From positions 1 through 59,985 of the forward strand of contig JAYVSU010000069.1 in assembly GCA_043775055.1 (NCBI GenBank): DNA of 59,985 nt, read 5' to 3'. This DNA is from Polaromonas sp. (lineage in GTDB: Bacteria > Pseudomonadota > Gammaproteobacteria > Burkholderiales > Burkholderiaceae_C). The position numbers were made by a program, and so were the translations under genes. How positions within the stretch are numbered: the first letter of the stretch is position 1; the number at the start of each line of letters is the position of its first letter. Below the pieces are notes generated by a model, which was not told where the DNA came from, ran no database searches, and saw only the letters and a list, made by a program, of their open reading frames with translations. Positions 20,409-30,186 of the stretch are shown here, piece after piece.

Positions 20409-20493
20409 TGGTGCCGTCGGCGAGACTCGAACTCGCAAAGCTTTCGCCACTACCACCTCAAGATAGCGTGTCTACCAATTTCACCACGACGGC
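20409..20493 (-). tRNA. leuU: tRNA-Leu (anticodon GAG), class II with long variable arm, CCA encoded
   Basis: Reverse complement reads GCCGTCGTGGTGAAATTGGTAGACACGCTATCTTGAGGTGGTAG...GTTCGAGTCTCGCCGACGGCACCA. Acceptor GCCGTCG/CGACGGC; anticodon loop TTGAGGT. Sits downstream of secG as in E. coli secG-leuU. Confidence 0.92.
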
Positions 20494-20623
20494 TGTTTCT
20501 AGGCCCAGCAAGCAGGAGGTTACCTTACGGCAAATAAGCCTGCTGAACTATCTAGTAGTTTACCCTGAAACACCCCTGCTTTTCGGGAAGGGTGTTACCA
20601 ATATTTGCATATTTACACGCAAA

Positions 20624-21112
20624 TTATTTAGCTGGAATTTGCGCTGTGCCTTTGCTACCACTTGCTGGCGCCGTAGACACGGTTGTTGGTGCTGGAATTT
20701 GAGCTGCAGTAGCAGGAGCTGCCGCTGGTACAGTAGAAGTCGCTGCACTTGCCGGAGCAGTTGGAGCAGGTGAGTTGCCAGGTATCTGACCTGCCGGACC
20801 CGCTGGAACTGGTGCCGGCGCCACTGGCGCAGTCACTGCAGCACCTTCTAAAACGCTGCCAGTTGAAGTTGACCGCACGCTGCTAAAGTAGGACAACATC
20901 AAAGTAGCTACAAAAAACACAGCAGCTAAGATGGATGTGGCGCGAGACATGAAGTTTGCGCTTCCACTGGCGCCAAACAAGCTACCAGAGCCACCGCTGC
21001 CAAATGCGGCACCCATGTCGGCACCCTTACCGTGTTGAATCAAAATCAATCCGATCATAGCCAAAGCTGAAAGCATTTGCACCAGCAACACAATTTTCAA
21101 AAATACACTCAT
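20624..21112 (-). CDS. secG: Preprotein translocase subunit SecG with Ala/Pro-rich C-terminal extension
   Basis: N-terminal two-TM SecG core (GKGADMGAAFGSGGSGSLFG); about 70 aa low-complexity tail. Confidence 0.9.
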   Translation of the reverse strand: MSVFLKIVLLVQMLSALAMIGLILIQHGKGADMGAAFGSGGSGSLFGASGSANFMSRATSILAAVFFVATLMLSYFSSVRSTSTGSVLEGAAVTAPVAPAPVPAGPAGQIPGNSPAPTAPASAATSTVPAAAPATAAQIPAPTTVSTAPASGSKGTAQIPAK

Positions 21113-21147
21113 TTACATACTCCTAATTTAATAGCAACCTAAGCTTA

Positions 21148-21906
21148 TTATTTGCCGGCTGCAGCAATAATTGATAGAAAATCAGCAGCTTTCAAGGAAG
21201 CACCACCGATCAAACCACCATCAATATCCGTTTGTGCGAGCAAGGCACTCGCATTGCTCGCATTCATACTGCCACCATAGACGATATGAATACGGTCAGC
21301 ATGGCTGCTTGCAGCACGAAGTTGTGTACGCAGCAAGGCATGAACGGCCTGCGCCTGCTCAGGCGAAGCCGTTTGACCCGTGCCAATCGCCCAGACCGGC
21401 TCATAAGCCAGAACAATTTCACTGATGCAATGTCCGTTGGTATGAATAACCGCCGCTAATTGGCGCTTGACCACTTCTTCGGTCTGACCCGCCTCGCGCT
21501 GTGCCAAGGTTTCCCCTACACACACAATGGGCGTGATACCTGCTGCTAAAGCGGCTTGCGCTTTTTTAGCCACCAGATCGTCGGTTTCACCATGGTATCG
21601 ACGGCGCTCTGAATGACCGACGATGGCATAGCGAACACCAAAATCCTTCAGCATCGCTGCCGAAACTTCACCGGTATAGGCACCTTGCGCATACATAGAG
21701 ACGTCTTGTGCCCCCAATTGCAAGGTTGTACCTGCACAAAGTTGCTGGATTTGAGCCAGATAGACCGATGGCACACACAACGTAACATCGCAAGCTTGTG
21801 ATGACAGAGCAGCTTTTAAACCGTCTACCAATAACGCATTGGCAGCCAAACCGCCATTCATTTTCCAATTGCCAGCGATAAGTGTCTTTTTCATGGGTGC
21901 AGTCAT
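21148..21906 (-). CDS. tpiA: Triose-phosphate isomerase
   Basis: [18 protein letters not shown] motifs; start could be the internal [11 protein letters not shown] (21894). Confidence 0.95.
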   Translation of the reverse strand: MTAPMKKTLIAGNWKMNGGLAANALLVDGLKAALSSQACDVTLCVPSVYLAQIQQLCAGTTLQLGAQDVSMYAQGAYTGEVSAAMLKDFGVRYAIVGHSERRRYHGETDDLVAKKAQAALAAGITPIVCVGETLAQREAGQTEEVVKRQLAAVIHTNGHCISEIVLAYEPVWAIGTGQTASPEQAQAVHALLRTQLRAASSHADRIHIVYGGSMNASNASALLAQTDIDGGLIGGASLKAADFLSIIAAAGK

Positions 21907-21928
21907 TATTGAATCCTCTCCTGAATTA

Positions 21929-22930
21929 TCAAGATTGCCAATCCAAGACCAACTTACCCACGTGCTGGTTGGATTCCATCAACACATGCGCTTGTTCAGC
22001 AGCATTGGCTTGACTGGCTGAAAACACAGTATGAATCACCGGCTTGATAGCGCCTTTTTCGAGCAGTGGCCAGACGGTTTTTAGCAACGATTGCGCAATA
22101 GCCGCTTTGAAGGCGATATTGCGTGGGCGGAGCGTTGAGCCCGTGATGGTCAAACGCTTGCGCAACACCATACCAGCATTGAACTCGCTCTTCACGCCAC
22201 CCTGCACCGCGATGATGACCAGACGGCCGTCTTCCGCCATGCATTCCACTTCTTTAGCGATGTAGTCACCCGCCACCATGTCCAAAATCACATCCACACC
22301 TTTGTTGTCGGTGATTCGCTTCACGTCGGCGGTGAAATCATGCGTTTTGTAATTGATGGCATGGTCTGCACCAAGTTTGAGACAAGCAGCGCATTTTTCG
22401 TCACTGCCCGCTGTAGCAATCACATTAGCGCCCAAAGCTTTCGCCATTTGAATCGCCGTCACGCCAATACCGCTGGTGCCGCCTTGCACCAAAAATGTCT
22501 CGCCTGCCTGCAACCGTGCACGGTCAAACACATTGCTCCACACGGTAAAAAACGTCTCTGGCAGCGTAGCGGCCTCAATGTCCGTCAAGCCTTTAGGAAC
22601 TGGCAAACATTGCACCACTGGCGCAACGCACAACTGCGCATAGCCACCACCAGCCACCAAGGCACAAACGCGGTCACCCACGCTCAATCCACTGGCCGCC
22701 ATAGCAGTTACATCGCCACTGACGATAACGCCAGCCACTTCTAAGCCAGGAATATCCGAAGCGCCAGGCGGCACAGGATAGTTCCCAGTGCGTTGCAAAA
22801 CGTCGGGACGATTGATGCCGCTCGCGGTAACGCGAATCAGTACCTCGCCTACACCCGCTTGCGGATCTGACCTTTCACGCAAGCGCAACACATCAGGTGC
22901 GCCGTAAGTGGTAATTTCAAAGGTTTTCAT
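21929..22930 (-). CDS. NAD(P)H:quinone oxidoreductase (zeta-crystallin/PIG3-type MDR)
   Basis: 333 aa; medium-chain dehydrogenase pattern, Rossmann [12 protein letters not shown]. Confidence 0.85.
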   Translation of the reverse strand: MKTFEITTYGAPDVLRLRERSDPQAGVGEVLIRVTASGINRPDVLQRTGNYPVPPGASDIPGLEVAGVIVSGDVTAMAASGLSVGDRVCALVAGGGYAQLCVAPVVQCLPVPKGLTDIEAATLPETFFTVWSNVFDRARLQAGETFLVQGGTSGIGVTAIQMAKALGANVIATAGSDEKCAACLKLGADHAINYKTHDFTADVKRITDNKGVDVILDMVAGDYIAKEVECMAEDGRLVIIAVQGGVKSEFNAGMVLRKRLTITGSTLRPRNIAFKAAIAQSLLKTVWPLLEKGAIKPVIHTVFSASQANAAEQAHVLMESNQHVGKLVLDWQS

Positions 22931-22994
22931 TATTAAATATGGCTGTAACCGGCGTATTTATTGCCTAAGCAGCTATTAAATATATAGCGCTTAG
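22931..22994 (+). repeat. Intergenic repeat family, copy D (with 11-bp stem hairpin 22965-22994)
   Basis: ATGGCTGTAACCGGCGTATTTATTGCCTAAGCAG at 22939-22972 matches 31 of 34 positions of copy A core by hand alignment; fills most of the 84-bp gap between the pnp stop and the qor start. Confidence 0.85.
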
Positions 22995-23014
22995 ACAACC
23001 TCTGCCCTTACAAA

Positions 23015-25129
23015 TTAACGTGATTGATCTTGCTCAGGACGCTCCATCAAAGCCTTCATGGACAATTTCACGCGACCTTTTTCGTCGGTTTCCATGACCT
23101 TGACTTTAACGATTTGACCTTCTTTGAGGTAATCACCCACTTTTTCAACGCGCTCGTGAGCGATTTGGCTGATATGCAACAAACCGTCTTTACCAGGCAG
23201 CAAATTGATCAAAGCGCCGAAATCCAAAATCTTGGTCACTGGGCCTTCGTAAATCTTGCCGATTTCCACTTCAGCAGTGATTTGCTCGATACGGCGTTTG
23301 GCTTCTTCAGCCTTCGCTCCATCGGTGGCTGCGATGGTGATGGTGCCGTCTTCATTGATGTTGATCTGGCAACCAGTTTCTTCCGTCAAGGCACGAATAA
23401 CCGCTCCACCCTTGCCGATCACGTCACGGATTTTCTCCGGATTGATCTTCATGGTGTACAGCTTAGGTGCGAAATTAGACACCTCGGTCTTAGCCTCGCC
23501 CATGGCTTCTTGCATTTTGCCCAGAATGTGCATGCGGGCTTCTTTGGCCTGTGCCAAAGCTACTTGCATAATTTCTTTGGTAATACCTTGGATTTTAATG
23601 TCCATTTGCAAAGCGGTGATACCGTTGGTCGTACCAGCAACTTTAAAGTCCATGTCACCCAAATGATCTTCGTCGCCCAAAATGTCGGTCAACACCGCAA
23701 AGCGGTTGCCGTCTTTGATCAAACCCATGGCGATACCGGCCACATGTGCCTTCATAGGCACGCCAGCGTCCATCAACGACAAACAGCCACCGCAAACAGA
23801 GGCCATAGATGAAGAACCATTAGATTCTGTGATCTCGGACACCACGCGCATGGTGTACGGAAAGTCTTCTTTAGAAGGCAAGACTGCCATCAAAGCACGC
23901 TTGGCCAAACGGCCATGACCGATTTCGCGGCGTTTTGGCGTACCCACACGTCCTGTTTCGCCAGTGGCGAACGGAGGCATGTTGTAGTGAAGCATAAAAC
24001 GGTCTTCAAACTCGCCAGCCAAGGCATCAATACGCTGCGCATCGCGCTCAGTACCAAGCGTCGTAACGACCAAAGCTTGCGTCTCACCACGGGTGAACAA
24101 AGCAGAGCCATGGGTGCGTGGCAGCACGCTATTGCGGATTTCAATCGCACGAACCGTGCGCGTATCGCGACCGTCAATACGTGGCTCACCTGCCAAAATT
24201 TGGCTACGCACGATTTTCGCTTCGATGTCAAACAGCATGCCGTCAACAGCGACGCTATCAAACTCAACACCCTCAGCTTTCAGGCCTTTTTTGGTCCAAG
24301 TGGTCACTTCACGGGTAGCGTGCGTACGGGCTTGTTTGTTGCGAATTTGATAGGCTGCAGCCAATTTTTCTTGCGCCAGTGCTTCAACTTTAGCAATCAG
24401 CACGTCATCCTTGGCAGGCGCTTTCCAGTCCCATACCGGTTTGCCGGCGTCGCGCACCAAATCGTGAATCGCATTGATAGCGATATTTCCTTGCTCATGA
24501 CCAAACACAACCGCGCCGAGCATGATTTCTTCGCTCAACTGCTGCGCTTCGGACTCCACCATCAACACAGCAGATTCAGTACCGGCGACGACCAAGTCCA
24601 TGATCGAGTCTTTACGTGCTGTTTGACCCGGGTTCAAAACATATTGACCATTGACATAACCGACGCGTGCTGCGCCGATAGGGCCGCTGAAAGGAATGCC
24701 GCTGACGGACAAGGCCGCGCTCACAGCAATCAAAGCTGCGATGTCGGCATCAACTTCTGGATTGAGCGACACGGTGTGAACCACCACATGCACTTCATTG
24801 AAGAAACCTTCAGGGAAGAGCGGGCGAATTGGGCGATCAATCAAACGGCTGGTAAGTGTCTCAAACTCGCTTGGACGACCTTCGCGCTTGAAAAAGCTGC
24901 CTGGGATTTTGCCTGCAGCGTAAGTTTTCTCAAGGTAATCAACGGTTAACGGGAAGAAATCTTGGCCCGCTTTGCCTTCAGTTTTACCAACTACGGTGGC
25001 GAGTACCACGGTGCCGTCCATGTCCAACAGCACTGCGCCGCTGGATTGACGTGCGATTTCGCCAGTTTCCATGGTGACGGTGTTAGCACCCCACTGGAAA
25101 GTCTTAGTCACTTTTTTGAACATTGTCAT
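23015..25129 (-). CDS. pnp: Polyribonucleotide nucleotidyltransferase (PNPase)
   Basis: 704 aa; two RNase PH domains, then KH and S1 domains; SD AGGAG 6 nt upstream of ATG 25129. Confidence 0.97.
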   Translation of the reverse strand: MTMFKKVTKTFQWGANTVTMETGEIARQSSGAVLLDMDGTVVLATVVGKTEGKAGQDFFPLTVDYLEKTYAAGKIPGSFFKREGRPSEFETLTSRLIDRPIRPLFPEGFFNEVHVVVHTVSLNPEVDADIAALIAVSAALSVSGIPFSGPIGAARVGYVNGQYVLNPGQTARKDSIMDLVVAGTESAVLMVESEAQQLSEEIMLGAVVFGHEQGNIAINAIHDLVRDAGKPVWDWKAPAKDDVLIAKVEALAQEKLAAAYQIRNKQARTHATREVTTWTKKGLKAEGVEFDSVAVDGMLFDIEAKIVRSQILAGEPRIDGRDTRTVRAIEIRNSVLPRTHGSALFTRGETQALVVTTLGTERDAQRIDALAGEFEDRFMLHYNMPPFATGETGRVGTPKRREIGHGRLAKRALMAVLPSKEDFPYTMRVVSEITESNGSSSMASVCGGCLSLMDAGVPMKAHVAGIAMGLIKDGNRFAVLTDILGDEDHLGDMDFKVAGTTNGITALQMDIKIQGITKEIMQVALAQAKEARMHILGKMQEAMGEAKTEVSNFAPKLYTMKINPEKIRDVIGKGGAVIRALTEETGCQININEDGTITIAATDGAKAEEAKRRIEQITAEVEIGKIYEGPVTKILDFGALINLLPGKDGLLHISQIAHERVEKVGDYLKEGQIVKVKVMETDEKGRVKLSMKALMERPEQDQSR

Positions 25130-25223
25130 TTTTAGCTCCTGAAATATTGCAACCCAAATGAGTTGCTGAAAATTGCAATCTGGTGAGATTGCGACTAATC
25201 AGAGCCGATTGAAGAACACAATG

Positions 25224-25275
25224 CCATTCCAGAAAAATCGTCAGCCTATGGGGCAGATGATGCTTTTTTGGAATG
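25224..25275 (-). promoter_or_regulatory. Long imperfect hairpin in the pnp leader (candidate RNase III processing/autoregulation site)
   Basis: Arms CCATTCCAGAAAAATCGTCAGCC / GGGCAGATGATGCTTTTTTGGAATG pair over about 20 bp with bulges; located between the rpsO terminator and the pnp start. Confidence 0.45.
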
Positions 25276-25312
25276 ACACAGCTCGTATTCGTTAAATCAG
25301 TCTCTGAAAAAA

Positions 25313-25366
25313 GAAAAACAAAACGCCCGAGTAAGTAGAACTAACTCAGGCGTTTAAAGATGGAGA
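25313..25366 (-). terminator. Rho-independent terminator/attenuator after rpsO
   Basis: Minus-strand AAACGCCUGAG-13 nt loop-CUCGGGCGUUU (11 bp, one G-U) followed by UGUUUUUCUUUUUUC; 63 nt after the rpsO stop. Confidence 0.75.
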
Positions 25367-25428
25367 AATAAGGTTTTCCTTGTAGCTACCGTTTTTAAAA
25401 ACTCTCAAACTAGCAGCTATGTTGAAAA

Positions 25429-25695
25429 TTACTTACGCAAACCTAATTTGGCGATCAATGCAACATAGCGGTCATGGTCTTTACGGTTCAAGTAGGACAA
25501 CAGGCTCTTACGGCTGTTAACCATACGCAACAAACCACGACGACCGTGGTGGTCTTTCGCGTGAGTTTTGAAATGGGGTGTCAGTTCGTTGATACGAGCG
25601 GTCAACAGTGCGACTTGCACTTCAGTGCTGCCGGTGTCGTTTGCGCCGCGCGCATGTGCTTTTACAACTTCAGCTTTAATGGAGGATGCGATCAT
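25429..25695 (-). CDS. rpsO: 30S ribosomal protein S15
   Basis: 88 aa; [14 protein letters not shown]...HLKTHKKDHHSRRGLL-type pattern. Confidence 0.97.
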   Translation of the reverse strand: MIASSIKAEVVKAHARGANDTGSTEVQVALLTARINELTPHFKTHAKDHHGRRGLLRMVNSRKSLLSYLNRKDHDRYVALIAKLGLRK

Positions 25696-25793
25696 TTTTT
25701 CTTTCCTGTAATTTATTAACTTGCGTTATGAATACTTGCGCCGGGCAATGGAACTGCGCCTAGCGTGCGCTCTGCAACATGCAAAGCCGCTCA

Positions 25794-25799
25794 ATTATA
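25794..25799 (-). promoter_or_regulatory. Candidate -10 box of the rpsO promoter
   Basis: Perfect TATAAT on the minus strand about 95 nt upstream of the rpsO ATG; only a weak -35 (TTACTT, 18-nt spacer). Confidence 0.3.
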
Positions 25800-25842
25800 A
25801 CCTGATTACATCAACAAAAGTAACTTACAAATAAGACCGTAT

Positions 25843-26034
25843 TTAGTCGACCGCCAGCCAGAGTAAAAATAAACCCAACAGTACGCTACACAGTCCAAAA
25901 AATCGGATTTGTCCGTCGCTGAGTTGAATAATCTGGGCGAACGTGCGCTTCCAGCCGTTTGGCGATAAAAATGGCATCAAGCCCTCAATCACCAAAACCA
26001 AGGCAAACGCCGCCCAAAGGGTGTCACTGCTCAA
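25843..26034 (-). CDS. DUF2065 (YjeT-like) small membrane protein
   Basis: 63 aa, two TM helices, directly downstream of hflC as yjeT is in E. coli. Confidence 0.75.
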   Translation of the reverse strand: MSSDTLWAAFALVLVIEGLMPFLSPNGWKRTFAQIIQLSDGQIRFFGLCSVLLGLFLLWLAVD

Positions 26035-26063
26035 AATGTAATACTCAAAAAGGGCTTGTTTGA

Positions 26064-26969
26064 TTACTTTTTGCCAGCAGAAACGGCCGCCGAGCCACCA
26101 CCACGCATCGCTTTAAAGAACTCGGACGAGTTAGGGTCAAGCACCAAAACATCGCTTTTCTTGTTAAAACTAGCCTTGTAAGCATCTAAACTGCGGTAAA
26201 ACTGAGCAAATTGTGGGTCACGGCCAAAAGACTCTGCATAGATACGGGTGGCATCCGCATCGCCCTCACCCTTCACCTTTTGCGCATCGCGGTAAGCATT
26301 GGCCACCGTCACTTCACGCTGACGGTCTGCATCTGCGCGAATTTTCTCGCCTTCAGCTGCGCCCGTTGAACGCAATTCATTGGCAACGCGCTTACGCTCT
26401 GCCTCCATGCGGCGGTAAACCGACTCAGTAATGGCATCCACATAATCGACTCGGGTAATACGCACGTCGACCACGTCGACGCCCCACGGCTTGGCACCGC
26501 GCACGGCACCGAGCACTTCACGCTTTACATCGGCCATCAAGACTTCTCGCTTAAGGGACAACAACTCTTTCACCGTGTGTTTGTTGATTTCTTCTTGGAA
26601 AGCATTGCGCACGACGCGGTTGAGTTGGTTCGCACCAGCCGTTTCGTCCAAGCCTACATTTCGGATGTACTCAGACGGGTTGGTGATGCGCCAGCGCACG
26701 TACCAGTCAATCACCATGCGTTGCTTTTCAGCTGTCAGCATAGGCTCTGCATCTGTGCTGTCCAAGGTCAATAAACGCTTGTCAATGTAGGAGACATTTT
26801 GAAACGGTGGGGGCAATTTGAAGTTGAGACCCGGCTCAGTAATGACCTCTTTGATTTGCCCCAAGGCATAAACCACGCCAAACTGGCGTTGATCTACAAC
26901 AAATAACATCGAGCTCAGGAGTGCCAGTGCAACCAGCAAGGAAGATGCAATAAAACCAATTCTGTTCAT
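26064..26969 (-). CDS. hflC: Protease modulator HflC (SPFH domain)
   Basis: N-terminal TM plus SPFH/band-7 domain; follows hflK. Confidence 0.93.
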   Translation of the reverse strand: MNRIGFIASSLLVALALLSSMLFVVDQRQFGVVYALGQIKEVITEPGLNFKLPPPFQNVSYIDKRLLTLDSTDAEPMLTAEKQRMVIDWYVRWRITNPSEYIRNVGLDETAGANQLNRVVRNAFQEEINKHTVKELLSLKREVLMADVKREVLGAVRGAKPWGVDVVDVRITRVDYVDAITESVYRRMEAERKRVANELRSTGAAEGEKIRADADRQREVTVANAYRDAQKVKGEGDADATRIYAESFGRDPQFAQFYRSLDAYKASFNKKSDVLVLDPNSSEFFKAMRGGGSAAVSAGKK

Positions 26970-27001
26970 GGTGTGTGCTCTTTTATGTAGTTTTATTATT
27001 G

Positions 27002-28420
27002 TTAGCGTGTTTCACGATCACGCGTACGCGCCGCGTCACGACTACGCGCATCGTTGGCTGCAGCCGTTGTAGGCGCAATAGCTGGAGCCGTCGCGGGGAG
27101 TGATGTCACACCCGTTGCGTCTGACGTTGCGGTTTGCCCTGTCATTTGCATGATTTTGTCAAGCGGCAAATACAGCAGATTGGAGCCTTGTTTAGAATCC
27201 ACCAAGACCTTGGTAACATTGCCATAAATTTGCTGCATCGCATCTAAATACATGCGGTCGCGGGTGACTTGTGGTGCTTTGGCATATTCCGTTTGGATAG
27301 AGCGGAAACGCTGCGCATCACCTTCAGCCTGCGCTGTGATACGGGCTTTGTAGGCGTCTGACTCTTCTTTCAGGCGAGAGGCCGAACCCACAGCGCGCGG
27401 TACTACATCGTTGGCATAAGCTTGCGCTTCATTTTTAGCGCGTTCACGCTCTTGGCCTGCTTTGAGCACATCATCAAAAGCCGCCTGCACTTGCTCAGGT
27501 GGACGTACGCCGCCTTGCTGCAAGTTGATACCGACAACCTCAACACCGACTTTATAACGGTCCAAAATGACCTGCATCAACGCCCGTACACGTGGACCGA
27601 TTTGGTCGCGCTCTTCAGACAAAGCAGCATCCATGCGCATTTTGCCAACCACTTCACGCACTGCTGTTTCTGCAGCTTGCACCACTGCACCCGCTGGGTC
27701 TTTGCTTTCAAACAAATAAGCACGTGCATCGCTCAGGCGGTATTGCACGGCAAATTTGATTTCAACAATGTTTTCGTCCAGCGTCAGCATGGCTGATTCA
27801 CGCAGACCAGTTGCTTTAATGATATTGTCACGCCCCACGTCCACGGAGCGGATTTGCGTCACAAACACCAGCTCGTGGCGCTGAATCGGGTATGGCAGTC
27901 GCCAATTGAAGCCCGCGCCGACCGAGCTTTTGTACTTACCAAACTGCGTAATGACCGCTTGTTGGCCCTCTTGTACGATGAAAAAACCCGTTCCCAGCCA
28001 AATCAAAGCCAAGACGCCTGCAATCAAACCAACGCCAATGCCGGCACTTTTCATGTCGGGCTGAAAACCACCACCTGAACCGCCGTTGTTACCACCTTGG
28101 TTGTTAGGTTGCGGGCGCATTTTGCCCTTTGCACCACCAAACAAACCCGTCAGTTTTTGGTTGAAATCGCGCCACAACTCATCCAAATCAGGTGGACCAT
28201 TGGGCTTTTTGCCGTCATTTTGCTGTTGAGACAGTGGCTTTTCCCGCTCAGGTTGCGGCGTGGACGCAGGTTTGTCGCCATCTTGGCCTTCTGGCGATTT
28301 GTCATCACCACGTCCCCATTTGGAATCATTCAAATTGAACATGCCCAGCAAAGCGACCTTGAAGCGCTGTGACATGCCTGTCGATTCAACAGTTCGAACG
28401 GTGCGTAAATTAAAATTCAT
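27002..28420 (-). CDS. hflK: Protease modulator HflK (start uncertain: 28420, 28375 or 28342)
   Basis: LNDSKWGRG N-terminal motif, G/N/Q-rich linker, TM, SPFH domain. Confidence 0.92.
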   Translation of the reverse strand: MNFNLRTVRTVESTGMSQRFKVALLGMFNLNDSKWGRGDDKSPEGQDGDKPASTPQPEREKPLSQQQNDGKKPNGPPDLDELWRDFNQKLTGLFGGAKGKMRPQPNNQGGNNGGSGGGFQPDMKSAGIGVGLIAGVLALIWLGTGFFIVQEGQQAVITQFGKYKSSVGAGFNWRLPYPIQRHELVFVTQIRSVDVGRDNIIKATGLRESAMLTLDENIVEIKFAVQYRLSDARAYLFESKDPAGAVVQAAETAVREVVGKMRMDAALSEERDQIGPRVRALMQVILDRYKVGVEVVGINLQQGGVRPPEQVQAAFDDVLKAGQERERAKNEAQAYANDVVPRAVGSASRLKEESDAYKARITAQAEGDAQRFRSIQTEYAKAPQVTRDRMYLDAMQQIYGNVTKVLVDSKQGSNLLYLPLDKIMQMTGQTATSDATGVTSLPATAPAIAPTTAAANDARSRDAARTRDRETR

Positions 28421-28455
28421 AACTCAGTCTCGGGTGAATTCAGAGGGGAAAATCA

Positions 28456-29685
28456 TTACAAAGTATCTGCACTGGAAGCCGCATCGTCTTGTGTACTTAC
28501 TTGTACACCTTCATGTTTAGCAACCCAATCGAAGCGAGGATCATATTCTGAACTTGCAGCTTCTCCCAATGCAGCTCGCACAGTTGTCGCTAAATATTGG
28601 CGCAAAGCAGGCAAACCCGCCCCACTTTTGGCACTAACAAACAAGCGCGGCACGTTTTGACCATCTATTTCATACATGTCTTCTAATTGAAGTGGCTCTT
28701 GCTCTTTTTCAAGAGCATCTATTTTGTTAAATACCAGCAGTTGTGGCACGGCATCAGCGCCAATTTCTTTCAAAACACGCTGAACTTCAGCAATTTGCTC
28801 TGGAAAGCCCGGGTTTGCTGCATCCACCACTTGAATCAACAAGTCGGCATCGACCGCTTCTTGCAATGTGGCTCTGAAGGCATCAACCAAACCATGCGGC
28901 AAATCCCGAATGAAACCTACCGTGTCAGACAAAGACACGGACCGGCCTCCTCCATCCGCTGTACCCAGATACAGCTGCCGCGTGGTGGTGTCTAGTGTAG
29001 CGAACAGCTGGTCAGCCGTGTAAGCACGGGCTTTGACCAAGGCGTTGAACAACGTCGACTTACCCGCATTGGTGTAGCCGACTAATGAAATATTGTAGGT
29101 TTGCCGCTTATCCCGCTGCCGGCGCTGGGTATTACGCTGCTTTTTGACTTTGTCCAAGCGCTCTTTGGTGCGCTTGATGGATTCGCTGATGATGCGTTTG
29201 TCGAGCTCAATTTGCTTTTCACCCGGGCCGCCGCGCATGCCAATACCACCGCTTTGACGCTCTAAATGCGACCAACGACGCACCAAGCGGGTGCTGATGT
29301 ATTGCAATTTGGCCAATTCAACTTGCAATTTGCCTTCATGGCTGCGAGCACGTTCGGCAAAAATTTGCAAAATCAGGAAAATGCGGTCGTTAACCGGCAT
29401 CTCCAGCGTCCGCTCCAAATTACGTTGCTGGGCTGGGCTCAAGGCCTGATCGAACAAAATCTCAGTTGCCCCCATTTGCAGGGCCAAGAGCTTGATTTCA
29501 TCAGCTTTACCGGTGCCGACAAACAGCGCAGCGTCTGGCGCTTTGCGCTTACAGGTAATGCGAGCGACAGGGTTTAAACCAGCCGATTGAGCCAGCAAAC
29601 CCAGCTCTTCTAGCTCAGCATCGAAGTGCGGTAGCCCAAAATCCACGCCAACCAAAATGGTCGGCGCCGAAGTGGTGTCTTGCAC
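28456..29685 (-). CDS. hflX: GTPase HflX
   Basis: G1 motif GYTNAGKSTLFN, DTVGF; 3-nt gap from the hfq stop. Confidence 0.95.
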   Translation of the reverse strand: MQDTTSAPTILVGVDFGLPHFDAELEELGLLAQSAGLNPVARITCKRKAPDAALFVGTGKADEIKLLALQMGATEILFDQALSPAQQRNLERTLEMPVNDRIFLILQIFAERARSHEGKLQVELAKLQYISTRLVRRWSHLERQSGGIGMRGGPGEKQIELDKRIISESIKRTKERLDKVKKQRNTQRRQRDKRQTYNISLVGYTNAGKSTLFNALVKARAYTADQLFATLDTTTRQLYLGTADGGGRSVSLSDTVGFIRDLPHGLVDAFRATLQEAVDADLLIQVVDAANPGFPEQIAEVQRVLKEIGADAVPQLLVFNKIDALEKEQEPLQLEDMYEIDGQNVPRLFVSAKSGAGLPALRQYLATTVRAALGEAASSEYDPRFDWVAKHEGVQVSTQDDAASSADTL

Positions 29686-29688
29686 TGC

Positions 29689-29958
29689 TTAGTTGGCTAC
29701 GGAAGGAGCGACGCTGGGCTGGCCCGCATCGTCTGTAGCCGCCTGAAAATTAACCGCCCGACCCGGCACAATGGTCGAAATCGCGTGTTTGTAGACCATT
29801 TGCGTCACAGTGTTGCGAAGCAAAATGACGTACTGGTCAAACGACTCGACTTGGCCTTGTAGTTTAATACCGTTGACGAGGTAAATCGACACCGGCACGT
29901 GCTCACGACGCAGTTGGTTGAGGAAGGGGTCTTGCAAGAGTTGGCCTTTATTGGTCAC
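29689..29958 (-). CDS. hfq: RNA chaperone Hfq (GTG start)
   Basis: Sm1/Sm2 motifs ([12 protein letters not shown]...[10 protein letters not shown]); GTG at 29958 preceded by GGAG at 6-nt spacing; the ORF-track TTG start at 29976 adds a non-canonical MNTEHI extension. Confidence 0.93.
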   Translation of the reverse strand: MTNKGQLLQDPFLNQLRREHVPVSIYLVNGIKLQGQVESFDQYVILLRNTVTQMVYKHAISTIVPGRAVNFQAATDDAGQPSVAPSVAN

Positions 29959-30116
29959 GATATGCTCCGTGTTCAAACGTTGTTGTAAAAATTATAAAGA
30001 AGTCAACATTACCACAGCTACTGCAGCGGATGTTAGGGAATCAGCAAAAACCCGCAGGTTTTTCTGAATTTGTAGGTAAATGCACATTTTTGTAACGCAT
30101 TTTGGCTTTAAAACAA

Positions 30117-30186
30117 TTAATTTACTATATATTTAATAGCAAAGTAATAAATAAATACGCCGGCTATAGCCATATTTACTCTCTAA
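30117..30186 (-). repeat. Intergenic repeat family, copy E (inverted orientation)
   Basis: Reverse complement AAATATGGCTATAGCCGGCGTATTTATT...GCTATTAAATATATAG matches about 44 of 53 aligned positions of copy D by hand alignment; core starts 2 nt after the der stop codon. Confidence 0.85.

Noticed and set aside
20569-20596. Hairpin AACACCC...GGGTGTT between secG and tRNA-Leu as a terminator
   Set aside because: The stem is about 7-9 bp but has no U tract on the transcribed (minus) strand. secG-tRNA-Leu is probably co-transcribed as in E. coli, so at most this is a processing structure.
20408-20773. 121-aa plus-strand ORF spanning the tRNA-Leu gene and the secG 3' end
   Set aside because: It overlaps a clear tRNA on the opposite strand and the secG tail. 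It is a shadow frame of the Ala/Pro-rich coding sequence.
23024-24949. Two very long plus-strand ORFs (262 and 344 aa) antisense to pnp
   Set aside because: They lie entirely inside a well-supported, motif-rich PNPase gene on the opposite strand. Their translations are low-complexity and His/Arg/Phe-rich, as expected for a codon-complement shadow frame, and no SD or promoter is evident.
30046-30063. AAAAACC-CGCA-GGTTTTT hairpin between der and hfq as a bidirectional terminator
   Set aside because: The stem has only two G-C pairs and five A-T pairs, which is too weak to call without experimental 3'-end data.
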